DNA of 34,521 bases from an uncultured Clostridia bacterium (GCA_944349915.1 CALVNU010000001.1:1-34521), one strand, 5' to 3'; numbered from the stretch's first letter, positions 1-8,194 are shown. Numbers and translations are program-made. The notes: generated by a model not told the origin, from the sequence alone.

Positions 1-378
1 AAATCCAAAACAAGGCACATCGTGCGGAACTTCAATTGGTGAGAAAACCAAATCTTTAAATTGAAATTGACTGTCAAAAAGTTGTCTATTTTTTAATGCA
101 ACCTTTTTCAATTTTTCATCTAATCCCACCCAAACTTTTTCATGGGCAAAGACTGGGATATTAAATTTGTTAGAAAACACATCAATGCCTTTTATATGAT
201 CGCTATGTTCATGCGTAACAACAATTGCGTCTATTGAAGAAGGGGCAATCGATAAAACCTTCAATTTTTCTATTGTTTGTGTTGCATTTATCCCATCGTC
301 CAGCAAAATTTTGCTATTTTCGGTTTCTATATATGTGCAGTTTCCATCACTGCCAGAAGTTAAGTTTACAATTCTCAT
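1..378 (-). CDS. MBL-fold metallo-hydrolase (YycJ/WalJ-like), N-terminal 126 codons; the rest lies beyond the left edge
   Basis: Hand translation of the minus strand from ATG (378..376) gives MRIVNLTSGSDGNCTYIETENSKILLDDGINATQ...AIVVTHEHSDHIKGIDVF... It has the HxHxDH metal motif (THEHSDH) and is open to base 1. It is missing from the ORF track because it has no stop inside the window. Confidence 0.8.
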   Translation of the reverse strand, partial: MRIVNLTSGSDGNCTYIETENSKILLDDGINATQTIEKLKVLSIAPSSIDAIVVTHEHSDHIKGIDVFSNKFNIPVFAHEKVWVGLDEKLKKVALKNRQLFDSQFQFKDLVFSPIEVPHDVPCFGF

Positions 379-414
379 GCAATGAGTTTAGCACAATAAA
401 TAAAAAAAAGCAAT

Positions 415-570
415 TTACAAAAGCAAATTTTGTAGAATTTTGTTGCAATTTGTTGCTTCTTGAAGAGCGCTTGTATTAGACGGCGTTAAAATTAAAGCCA
501 ACATCGTCATTGCCCACACAAAAAAACAAAATAATATTATCATAATGATAATAAAAATACGATTCTTCAC
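415..570 (-). CDS. possible 51-aa single-pass membrane peptide (below the track size cutoff)
   Basis: GTG 570..568 to TAA 417..415 gives (M)KNRIFIIIMIILFCFFVWAMTMLALILTPSNTSALQEATNCNKILQNLLL: a basic N-terminus followed by a hydrophobic helix. There is no SD. A TGTTAAAAT extended -10 on the minus strand (585..577) ends 6 nt before the GTG. An alternative ATG lies at 543..541. Confidence 0.3.
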   Translation of the reverse strand: MKNRIFIIIMIILFCFFVWAMTMLALILTPSNTSALQEATNCNKILQNLLL

Positions 571-671
571 AGTTCTATTTTAACATTTATCTTTTTTACA
601 TTGAAATGAAAAGAAATGGCTTTTTGTCTAGATTTGCCAGATATTGTCGAGATAAAAGGTCTGCTTTTTGT

Positions 672-700
672 TTGACATATTTTTAATGTGGTGTTAAAAT
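672..700 (+). promoter_or_regulatory. sigma-A type promoter of metG
   Basis: TTGACA (672..677), 17-nt spacer, TAAAAT (695..700) preceded by TGT (extended -10). AGGAG at 709..713 lies 5 nt before the ATG. Confidence 0.6.
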
Positions 701-718
701 AACAGGACAGGAGACATT

Positions 719-2290
719 ATGAAAGAAAAGTTTTATATCACAACACCAATTTATTATCCAAGCAACAAATTTACGCTTGGAAATTGCTATACCACTGTTA
801 TTTGTGATACCATTGCAAGATTTAACAGAAAACAGGGCAAAGATGTTTTTTTCTTGACTGGGACAGACGAGCATGGACAAAAAATTAGTTTATCTGCTCA
901 AAAGGCTGGCAAAAATGAAAAACAATATCTTGACGAAATGATAGCGGACGCAAAAGCGCTTTGGTCTTTGCTGGGAATAACATATGATAAGTTTATAAGA
1001 ACAACCGACGACTATCATGAAAAGGCTGTGCAAAAGATTTTTGACAAACTTTATGAAAAGGGATATATCTATAAAGGAAAATACAGCGGGTTGTATTGCA
1101 CACCATGTGAGTCTTTTTGGACAGAAAGCCAACTTGTTGACGGAAAATGCCCAGATTGTGGCAGAGAAGTCAAGGTGCAAGAAGAAGAGGCATACTTTTT
1201 TAAACTTTCACAGTTTTCGGACAAATTGTTAAAACTCTATAAAGACAATCCATCATTTTTGTTGCCAACATCAAGAGTTAACGAAATGGTAAACAATTTT
1301 ATCAAGCCAGGACTTCAAGATCTGTGCGTTTCAAGAACTTCGGTAAAATGGGGTGTTCCAGTTGATTTTGACCCATCACATACTATCTATGTTTGGATTG
1401 ATGCGCTTTCAAACTATATCACAGCGCTTGGTTATGGTTCGGAAGATGAGAGGCTGTTTGAAAAATTTTGGCCAGCAGATGTTCACATTATAGGCAAGGA
1501 AATTGTTCGCTTTCATGCAATAATTTGGCCAGCAATGCTTATGGCACTTGACCTTCCTCTTCCAAAACAAATTTTTGGACATGGTTGGATGCTTTTTGGT
1601 GGCGACAAACTTTCTAAAAGCAAAACGGCAAATGTAAAAGAATGTGTTGACCCAAGAATTCTAGTTCCTAGATATTCTCGCGATGCAGTAAGATATATTT
1701 TGCTTCGAGAAATCCCGTTTGGTTCAGACGGTAATTATTCTACAGAAAACTTTTTGACAAAATTTAATGCAGAACTCTGCAATAATTTTGGAAATCTTGT
1801 GTCAAGAACCTTCTCTATGCTTAAAAAATATTTCAATTTGGTTGTGCCAGAAGTAAAAGAATATGGGCAAAACGAAATTGACCTTCAAAATAAAGTGCTA
1901 AAAGAAAAGGATAATGTGCTTTTGTATATGAAAAATTATGATGTTTCAAAGGCAATCACTTCAATTTTCAATATTTTTTCGGAAGCAAACACATATATTC
2001 AATTGGCAGAGCCATGGGCAGTTGCAAAAGAACAGGGTAAAGAAGAAAGCCTTAAGGCAATTTTGAGAACACTTCTTGAGTGTATAAGGCTTGGCTGTGA
2101 ATTGTTGGAACCTTTTATGCCAGATGCGCCAAGAAAAGTGCTTTCTGCCATTGGCAAAGAAAATAAGACCTTTGAAGACCTTGACAAATTTGAAGGACTT
2201 ATGGCAGGGCAAACCGTTCAAGAACTTCCAATTTTATTTCCGCGCCTTGATGTTGCAAAAGAACTTGAAGAATTATCAAAATTAAGTTAA
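719..2290 (+). CDS. metG: methionine--tRNA ligase, short form without the C-terminal tRNA-binding domain
   Basis: 523 aa. MetRS-typical FYITTPIYYPS N-terminus, TGTDEHGQKI, CTPC...CPDC zinc knuckle, KLSKS (1607..1621) and a WPADVHIIGKEIVRFHAIIWPAMLMAL core. The HIGH position reads TLGN (see findings). Confidence 0.93.
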   Translation: MKEKFYITTPIYYPSNKFTLGNCYTTVICDTIARFNRKQGKDVFFLTGTDEHGQKISLSAQKAGKNEKQYLDEMIADAKALWSLLGITYDKFIRTTDDYHEKAVQKIFDKLYEKGYIYKGKYSGLYCTPCESFWTESQLVDGKCPDCGREVKVQEEEAYFFKLSQFSDKLLKLYKDNPSFLLPTSRVNEMVNNFIKPGLQDLCVSRTSVKWGVPVDFDPSHTIYVWIDALSNYITALGYGSEDERLFEKFWPADVHIIGKEIVRFHAIIWPAMLMALDLPLPKQIFGHGWMLFGGDKLSKSKTANVKECVDPRILVPRYSRDAVRYILLREIPFGSDGNYSTENFLTKFNAELCNNFGNLVSRTFSMLKKYFNLVVPEVKEYGQNEIDLQNKVLKEKDNVLLYMKNYDVSKAITSIFNIFSEANTYIQLAEPWAVAKEQGKEESLKAILRTLLECIRLGCELLEPFMPDAPRKVLSAIGKENKTFEDLDKFEGLMAGQTVQELPILFPRLDVAKELEELSKLS

Positions 2291-2339
2291 ATAAAAACGC
2301 AAGTTTTTGTCCTAAAATTATAAAAAACAATATAAAAAA

Positions 2340-2397
2340 CCACTACTTGCAATTTTGATAGCCAAATCAAAATTTGTCTATAGTGGTTTTTATTTTT
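2340..2397. terminator. long imperfect hairpin flanked by an A-run and a T-run; likely bidirectional terminator for convergent metG and spmB
   Basis: CCACTA (2340..2345) pairs with TAGTGG (2381..2386), with an inner ATTTTGAT/ATCAAAAT stem. It is followed by TTTTTATTTTT and preceded by AAAAAA. Confidence 0.65.
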
Positions 2398-2539
2398 CCG
2401 CCTTGATTAATAAAGCAAAAAATTTATTGAGAAAAATCATGAAAAAATAATAAAAATAAATAAAAAAACAATAAAATTAATAAAAAACCAAATTAATTTA
2501 GAATTTTTTGATTTATGTTTGTTTTTAATTGTGATTTTA

Positions 2540-3046
2540 TCACATGATTTTGCATAACAAACAAGCAAGAACAGAACCAACTGTCGAGCAAATTAGTGCA
2601 ACGGGAATTGCATATAAAAGTTTTTTAACATTTGTTTGCGACATATATATTGTGGTTACATAAAAAATAGTTTCGCTAGAGCCAAGTATAACACAAGCGC
2701 AACGCGAGATATAACTGTCTGCTCCATAAGTTAGCAGAACATCATTAAGCAGGGCATAACTTCCAGAGCCAGTAAATGGACGCAATAGCACAAGTTCTAC
2801 AAGTTCTGTAGGAATTGACAGAAGGTTGAAAACTGGGGCAAAAAATTGGGCAAGCAGAGCAGTTATTCCGCTTGAACGAAGAAGAGTTACAGCAATCATA
2901 ATTGCAGTGATATAAGGAAAAATATCCACCACTAAAGGAATGGATTTTTTTGCTCCGCGGATAAAGGTGTCATAGCAATTGACTTTTTTAAAATGGGCAT
3001 ATACAAAAATAAAGATAAAAAGCAGGGGGAGAATGTAAATACTCAA
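2540..3046 (-). CDS. spmB: spore maturation protein B / nucleoside-recognition (Gate) domain membrane protein
   Basis: 168-aa polytopic membrane ORF with a TTG start overlapping the spmA stop (TTGA). The SpmA-SpmB pairing and size are typical. It ends TGA TAA. Confidence 0.8.
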   Translation of the reverse strand: MSIYILPLLFIFIFVYAHFKKVNCYDTFIRGAKKSIPLVVDIFPYITAIMIAVTLLRSSGITALLAQFFAPVFNLLSIPTELVELVLLRPFTGSGSYALLNDVLLTYGADSYISRCACVILGSSETIFYVTTIYMSQTNVKKLLYAIPVALICSTVGSVLACLLCKIM

Positions 3047-3615
3047 ATTTTCTTCCCCCTTTTAATAAATTTTGCACACAGTTTGACAAGAAAAATTGCA
3101 AGTATGGTTGTTACAATTGTCGTGATTAGAGTTGGCAAAATAATATCTGCAGGAGATGTGGAGCCAGCAGTCTGCCTTAAAGCAATAACCGTGGTGGGTA
3201 AAAGTTGAATAGATGTGGCGTTTATCACAATCAACATTATCATTGGCGTTGAAGCAACAGGAGAGCCGGTGTCCATTTTTTGTAGCGCCTTTATTGCAAG
3301 CGGAGTGGAAGCATTGCCTAATCCAAGCATATTTGCCGAAATATTCATGGCAATCAATTTTTCGGTTGCGGGGTCTTTAATATTAAAAATCTTTTTGATT
3401 GCAGGGTGCAAAATTTTTGCTAATTTTTCGCTCATACCACTTGCTTCTACAAGTTCCAAAATGCCAAGCCATACTGCATAAACGGCACAAAGTTCAAAAG
3501 CGAGTTTTACAGAAGCGGTGGATGCGTCAAGCATCTGGCTTAACACAGAGCCAGGGGCAGACCAAAGCAAGAAACAGATTGATGCAACAATCATCAACAG
3601 CCAAATGTTGTTCAT
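3043..3615 (-). CDS. spmA: spore maturation protein A / nucleoside-recognition domain membrane protein
   Basis: 190 aa: MNNIWLLMIV...AMNISANMLGLGNASTPLAIKALQKMD, typical of the SpmA/Gate domain. It ends with TGA. Confidence 0.8.
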   Translation of the reverse strand: MNNIWLLMIVASICFLLWSAPGSVLSQMLDASTASVKLAFELCAVYAVWLGILELVEASGMSEKLAKILHPAIKKIFNIKDPATEKLIAMNISANMLGLGNASTPLAIKALQKMDTGSPVASTPMIMLIVINATSIQLLPTTVIALRQTAGSTSPADIILPTLITTIVTTILAIFLVKLCAKFIKRGKKI

Positions 3616-3735
3616 GTTATTTATATTATTCTGCGCGAAAGAATTTTAGCATTCAAACAATGCAAAGCAAAAATTAAATGCAAAAAACAATTAAAATCAA
3701 ACAATATGATTTAAAAAAAATTTTTTCTAAAAAAT

Positions 3736-3897
3736 TTTAAGAATTTGACATTTTTAATATTTTAAGAATGTGATATTTTTAAATAAATTTACGAATTTTG
3801 ATATTTTCAATTATTTACGAATTGTGACATTTTTTCTAAAAATTTTAAGAAATTCAATAATTTTGCCTAAAAATTTGAAGATATTTGACTTTTTTGT
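3736..3897 (+). repeat. array of six degenerate 25-30 bp direct repeats, core TTTA[AC]GAAT[TG]TGA[CT]ATTTTT
   Basis: Unit anchors TTTAAGAA/TTTACGAA/TTTGAAGA sit at 3736, 3761, 3788, 3814, 3844 and 3874. Five of the six carry a -35-like box (TTGACA, GTGATA, TTGATA, GTGACA, TTGACT). The last unit supplies the -35 of the tatD promoter. Confidence 0.6.
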
Positions 3898-3913
3898 TTA
3901 TTAAGGTTAAAAT
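3885..3913 (+). promoter_or_regulatory. sigma-A type promoter of tatD-rsmA
   Basis: TTGACT (3885..3890), 17-nt spacer, TAAAAT (3908..3913). AAGGAG lies at 3922..3927. Confidence 0.6.
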
Positions 3914-3932
3914 CAAAACAAAAGGAGCAGTT

Positions 3933-4706
3933 ATGTTTATTGACACGCATTGTCATTTGACAGACAAACAATTTGCAGACGATATTGAATTGACATTTGA
4001 TTATTCACAGCAAGTTGGCGTTGACAAATTTATCACATCTGGTTTTGATTTGCCTTCTTCTCAAAAGGCGGTTGAATTTGCAACAAAGCATAATAATGTA
4101 TATGCAACAATTGGTATTTATCCAGAGTTTGCAGACAAGGCGGATTTGCAAGGGCTGTCATCACTTAAAGAACTGGCGCAAAATGCAAAAGTTGTTGGAA
4201 TAGGCGAGATTGGTTTGCAGTTTACAGAAGGCGCACCAGAGAAAGAGGTGCAGATAAAGGCGTTTGAAAGGCAGATAGAACTTGCTTGCGCCCTTAAAAA
4301 ACCGATTGTTATACACAGTCGAGATGCAATGGGTGCAACAATTGAAGTTCTTGAAAAAAACAAAGACAAATTGGTCTATGGCGGGACCATGCATTGTTTT
4401 AGCGGAAGCACAGAAAGTGCTATGCGAATTATCAAACTTGGTTTATACATTTCGGTTGGAGGGGTGTCAACATTTAAAAACGCCATCTCTCTTAAAGAAA
4501 CATTATCGCATATTCCGCTTGATAAAATGATTTTGGAAACAGATTGTCCATATCTCACACCGCACCCATATCGCGGGAAAAGAAATAGCCCAGCATATAT
4601 TCCAACAATTGCAGAAAATTTGGCAAAGATTAAAGGTGTAACGGTGGACGAAGTTGCAAAGGTCACCTATGCAAACTCAAAAAAATTGTTTAGGCTGGAG
4701 GGCTAA
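3933..4706 (+). CDS. tatD: TatD-family metal-dependent DNase/hydrolase (YabD-like)
   Basis: MFIDTHCHL start motif, an AAGGAG RBS 5 nt upstream, and EIGLQF, VIHSRDA, GTMHCFSG and LETDCPYLTP motifs. The track start at 3885 is an unsupported TTG extension. Confidence 0.9.
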   Translation: MFIDTHCHLTDKQFADDIELTFDYSQQVGVDKFITSGFDLPSSQKAVEFATKHNNVYATIGIYPEFADKADLQGLSSLKELAQNAKVVGIGEIGLQFTEGAPEKEVQIKAFERQIELACALKKPIVIHSRDAMGATIEVLEKNKDKLVYGGTMHCFSGSTESAMRIIKLGLYISVGGVSTFKNAISLKETLSHIPLDKMILETDCPYLTPHPYRGKRNSPAYIPTIAENLAKIKGVTVDEVAKVTYANSKKLFRLEG

Positions 4707-5486
4707 ATGGAACACAAATTTAAAAAGCAGTATGGTCAAAACTTTTTGTCAGACACAAACTTGCTTAAGGCTATTGTCAGTGATGGCAACATAACCCAAG
4801 ACGATGAAGTTTTAGAGATAGGGGCGGGCGCCGGGGCGCTAACAAAAATTTTAGACCAAACAGCAAAAAAAGTTGTATCGTATGAGATTGACACATCTTT
4901 GCAACCTCAACTTCTTTCGCTAGGGCTTGCTCGTACAACATTTGTTTTTGCAGATGCTTTAAAAGAAGATATAAAAAAAATAGAAAGTCATTTTAGTCAT
5001 AACTATAAACTTGTTGCAAATCTGCCTTACTACATCACTTCACCGCTAATTTTTAAGTTTTTAACAGAAACCAGCAAAACAGAAAGTTTGACAATCATGG
5101 TTCAAAAAGAAGTTGCCGAGCGCATTGTTGCCAAAGCAGGCTCAAAAGATTACGGAGTGCTCAGCATCATGTGCCAGTTTTACACTTCGCCCTCTATAAA
5201 GCGCATTGTCAGCAAAAAGATGTTTTATCCACAACCGAAGGTTGATTCTGCAGTTGTAACAATGGTCAGAAAAAAACAGCCAGAAGTTGACGGCGAAAAA
5301 TTTTCTATGTTTATCAAAAAATGTTTTTCCATGCGCAGAAAAACTCTTGCAAACAATTTGAATGGATACAACGGCATAAAAAAATCAGACCTTTCACAAA
5401 TTGCAGGCGACATTGACCTAAATTTGCGCCCAGAAATGCTGTCAATTCAACAATTTTTACAACTTTTTAAAAATTTTGAAAATTAA
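4707..5486 (+). CDS. rsmA: 16S rRNA (adenine1518/1519-N6)-dimethyltransferase
   Basis: KKQYGQNFL N-terminus, the VLEIGAGAGALT SAM motif and NLPYYITSPLIF. Its start abuts the tatD stop (TAAATG). Confidence 0.93.
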   Translation: MEHKFKKQYGQNFLSDTNLLKAIVSDGNITQDDEVLEIGAGAGALTKILDQTAKKVVSYEIDTSLQPQLLSLGLARTTFVFADALKEDIKKIESHFSHNYKLVANLPYYITSPLIFKFLTETSKTESLTIMVQKEVAERIVAKAGSKDYGVLSIMCQFYTSPSIKRIVSKKMFYPQPKVDSAVVTMVRKKQPEVDGEKFSMFIKKCFSMRRKTLANNLNGYNGIKKSDLSQIAGDIDLNLRPEMLSIQQFLQLFKNFEN

Positions 5487-5510
5487 AAAAACAATTTATG
5501 CAAAATATTG

Positions 5511-5539
5511 TTGATATTTGTAATTTTTTTTGTTATAAT
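5511..5539 (+). promoter_or_regulatory. near-consensus promoter of the 5575 membrane protein gene
   Basis: TTGATA (5511..5516), 17-nt spacer, TGT-TATAAT (-10 at 5534..5539). The GGGGGA RBS lies within 5561..5570. Confidence 0.65.
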
Positions 5540-5574
5540 GTAGACAATAAAAGAAATTTAAAGGGGGAAGTTGA

Positions 5575-6594
5575 GTGAACGCAATTTCAATGCTGGGCGA
5601 CATAACTTGGTGGGAGAAAATAGTTACACTTTTTGATGCTATCCCAAAAGTTATATATTTCCTTTACACATGTATTGCAAGCGCGGCAGACGCAATGCAA
5701 CTTTTGGTGCGCAGGCTTTGCGGACTTGACATTTATTATAACAATCAAGGACAAATTGTTCAAAAACAAGACCCTTTAACAGAGTTTTTAAATGGCATTT
5801 TGGGAATAGGCGACACCTCTGGTGCCATGCAAGCATTAAACACAACCTTTTGGTCATTAACAATATTTGCACTTATCTTGCTTGCGCTTACTTCAATTGT
5901 TGCAATCATCAAATCGCACTATAATGAAGATGTAAGCAAAACAAGCCCAGCAAAAATTTTGTATGGCGCTTTTAAAGCAATCTTGACTTTCTTTATTGTT
6001 CCAGCATCAGTTATTATCGGTCTTCAACTTTCAGGCCTTTTGTTGAGAACACTTGATGGTATTACCGGTGGCACCGCGGATTCTGGTACTATTTCAGGGA
6101 TTTATGGCTCTACCGATAAGTTTAAGCCATACACTGCCGGAGAGGGGGAAGAACAATATTCAAGTTACGCGGCATATGATATGTTTGGAATTGGTGCACC
6201 TGCAACAAACTCTCCAATTTCGGGACAACTTTTTAGGGCGGCGGCTTACAACTGCAACAGATTTAGAAATGGAGATTACAGTCAATCAGATATTTCAACC
6301 ATGTCTATGGGTGGCATATTTGGCCAAGGTCCAAGTTACAGCGCGGCTACAGATAAACTTGAATATGTGGCATATCAAGTTGACTATGCATTTATGAACA
6401 ACCTTCAATTATCCAGCGGTTATAGTATAGACTCTTTGGAAGACAGTGCAAACAGCACTGACAATGGTGCACGGGTAAGTTTGATGACTTTTGCTGTGGG
6501 AAGCACTTATGACACTTTCTCAAAATATGAAGTAAGTTTAGTTTGGATATACTATTCGCTTTGGCACTTCAATTTTATTGTAGGTTTTGCTTGA
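5575..6594 (+). CDS. polytopic membrane protein of unknown function, N-terminal part; ends at a TGA inside a hydrophobic segment
   Basis: GTG start 5 nt after AAGGGGGAAG. Several hydrophobic helices (e.g. WSLTIFALILLALTSIVAIIK, ILTFFIVPASVIIGLQLSGLLL) are followed by a G/S/A/Y-rich loop. The ORF stops at TGA 6592..6594 in ...HFNFIVGFA*. Confidence 0.7.
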   Translation: MNAISMLGDITWWEKIVTLFDAIPKVIYFLYTCIASAADAMQLLVRRLCGLDIYYNNQGQIVQKQDPLTEFLNGILGIGDTSGAMQALNTTFWSLTIFALILLALTSIVAIIKSHYNEDVSKTSPAKILYGAFKAILTFFIVPASVIIGLQLSGLLLRTLDGITGGTADSGTISGIYGSTDKFKPYTAGEGEEQYSSYAAYDMFGIGAPATNSPISGQLFRAAAYNCNRFRNGDYSQSDISTMSMGGIFGQGPSYSAATDKLEYVAYQVDYAFMNNLQLSSGYSIDSLEDSANSTDNGARVSLMTFAVGSTYDTFSKYEVSLVWIYYSLWHFNFIVGFA

Positions 6595-6615
6595 GCAATC
6601 TCTAGTTTTGGTATT

Positions 6616-8166
6616 ATGATTTCAATCATCATTGGTTTGATGATGAGGCTTATCAAGAGTGCAGCAATGTTCCTTATCTATCCACCACTGCTTGGACTTG
6701 CTCCAATGGATGATTTTAAAGCTTTCAAGAGTTGGTCAAATGAATTTATCAAACAAATTCTCTCGGCATTCGGTGCGATTGTTGGTCTAAATTTGTTGTT
6801 CTTGATTTTGCCTTATGTTCAACAAATTTCATTCTTCAATATAGATCTTCTTGATGCTATTGTAAACTGTGTATTCCTTGTTACCGGTCTTATCATGGCA
6901 AAAGACTTTATTTCAATGGTGGCAGGATTTGTTGGCGGAGGAGATGTTTTCTCAACTGGCGAATCAAACAAAGGTCAAGTTGCACAGCAAATCGGCAAAG
7001 GATTAAAATATTCTGTTGGCGCAGGGGCTGCTGTAGCAGCGCCATTGGCCTTGCCAGCAGTATTTGCAGCAAAAGGGATAAAAAGAAAAATAGCACGAAA
7101 GATGACCACAAGTCTCAATACTGCAAATAATTCTATTAAAAATTACAACGAGGCTGAAAATGAATATCAAGAAAAACAAAAAGCTTTTGATAGTGGTGAG
7201 TGGAAAAAGGATAGGGCATTTTTGGATGAACAAATGACGAAAGATGCCTCTTTAAAATCACAATATGAGCATCAAATGAAAAGCTGGAGATCAGCGGGGA
7301 AAAGTGAAGAAGAAGCCAAAGAACTTGCATATAGTGCCGTAGCAAACAGTTTTGAAACAAACCATAAAGATGCTAAAGACCAATATACGGCAGAATCGAA
7401 AAATAAGATGGACGTCGCTAAAAATGATATGAGAACGAATGTTATGGCAGTAACTAACGATAAAGACGCGGAACATGTCGAGAAGATGTTACAATCGGAA
7501 GATGGAAGATCACAACTGTTGCAACAAAATGATAAATCAATTGAAAGATGGGCAACAAAAAATTATCTTAATAAAGATGGGTCTTCTTCTGCGAAAGGCA
7601 CATTAACAATGCTTGGAAATACAATTAAATCAGCATTTGGGCCATTGAAAATTTTTGCAAAAGATATTTCAGGGGCACTGAATATCGATAAACTTGCAAA
7701 GCAAATGAAAACATTAACTTATCAAGTGCAAGGGAAGAATGAAGATGGCTCTCATGCAATAAAACCATCTCAATATAAGCCTGATGAAACAACGACAAGA
7801 AAGGCTCTAACAAAGCAATTTGAAAAAGAAGCTTTAGAAAAGGGGTATACGAGAGGTTCTGCTCAATTTAATCAGTATGTAAACGACAATTTGGCGGAAA
7901 CATTAAGATATAATAATCGTCAAGCTGCAAAAGAAATCGGCAGAGCTGTTTCAGATGCAATAACCAAGACTTTTGGTGGTACGACATTAATGATGGGGGC
8001 AAATGTAGCTCCTATTGGGGCGCGACTTGAAGGCGAGAAATTGCAACAGCAACAACTTAAGAAAACAGATGATTCAATTAAGGCACAAGAAACTACCAAC
8101 AAGAAGCTTGATGAACTTATTGACCTTCTTGGAAAAGGTGTTGTCAAATCACCTCCTGGTCCATAA
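6616..8166 (+). CDS. continuation ORF: membrane helices followed by a long K/E/Q/D-rich, probably coiled-coil or disordered tail
   Basis: Same frame as 5575..6594 (both start at position mod 3 = 1). There is no SD before ATG 6616. It begins mid-helix (MISIIIGLMM...). The tail from about residue 160 is highly charged. Confidence 0.55.
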   Translation: MISIIIGLMMRLIKSAAMFLIYPPLLGLAPMDDFKAFKSWSNEFIKQILSAFGAIVGLNLLFLILPYVQQISFFNIDLLDAIVNCVFLVTGLIMAKDFISMVAGFVGGGDVFSTGESNKGQVAQQIGKGLKYSVGAGAAVAAPLALPAVFAAKGIKRKIARKMTTSLNTANNSIKNYNEAENEYQEKQKAFDSGEWKKDRAFLDEQMTKDASLKSQYEHQMKSWRSAGKSEEEAKELAYSAVANSFETNHKDAKDQYTAESKNKMDVAKNDMRTNVMAVTNDKDAEHVEKMLQSEDGRSQLLQQNDKSIERWATKNYLNKDGSSSAKGTLTMLGNTIKSAFGPLKIFAKDISGALNIDKLAKQMKTLTYQVQGKNEDGSHAIKPSQYKPDETTTRKALTKQFEKEALEKGYTRGSAQFNQYVNDNLAETLRYNNRQAAKEIGRAVSDAITKTFGGTTLMMGANVAPIGARLEGEKLQQQQLKKTDDSIKAQETTNKKLDELIDLLGKGVVKSPPGP

Positions 8167-8194
8167 TCAAATGGCTTAAGTTGAAAACAGAAAA

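Noticed and set aside
225-479. Track ORF 225..479 (+)
   Set aside because: It is antisense to the MBL-fold hydrolase ORF, which has a clear HxHxDH motif. It has no RBS and an implausible sequence.
600-718. T-box leader or riboswitch upstream of metG
   Set aside because: The promoter -10 ends at 700 and the ATG is at 719. The leader is therefore only about 12 nt and holds just the SD, leaving no room for a structured element.
3736-3897. CRISPR array as an interpretation of the AT-rich direct repeats
   Set aside because: The units are degenerate rather than identical. Their period is only 25-30 bp, with no distinct spacers, and no cas genes are nearby.
3885-3932. Track-suggested upstream starts for tatD (TTG 3885), the T4CP (13641) and the transglutaminase-like gene (15653)
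   Set aside because: In each case a downstream ATG has the proper signal: an AAGGAG or GAAGGAGAG RBS, or a -10 box placed for a leaderless start. Each also begins the family-typical or signal-peptide sequence. The extensions add implausible residues and overlap promoter elements.
6592-6594. Genome-wide reassignment of TGA (code 4 Trp or code 25 Gly) as the explanation for the in-frame TGA
   Set aside because: spmA ends at TGA (3045..3043) at the length expected for the family. Reading through would add about 35 codons overlapping spmB. spmB ends TGA TAA. Conserved genes such as metG, gpmI and engB are intact under the standard code. The 4,360-codon giant ORF uses TGG for Trp and contains no in-frame TGA at all, which would be very unlikely in a low-GC genome where TGA was a sense codon.
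6592-6660. Selenocysteine insertion at the TGA, using the downstream hairpin CATCAT-TGGTTTG-ATGATG at about 6634..6652
   Set aside because: The hairpin is short, AT-rich and about 40 nt from the UGA, further than a bacterial SECIS normally sits. The codon lies inside a transmembrane helix of a non-redox protein. No selenoprotein context is visible.
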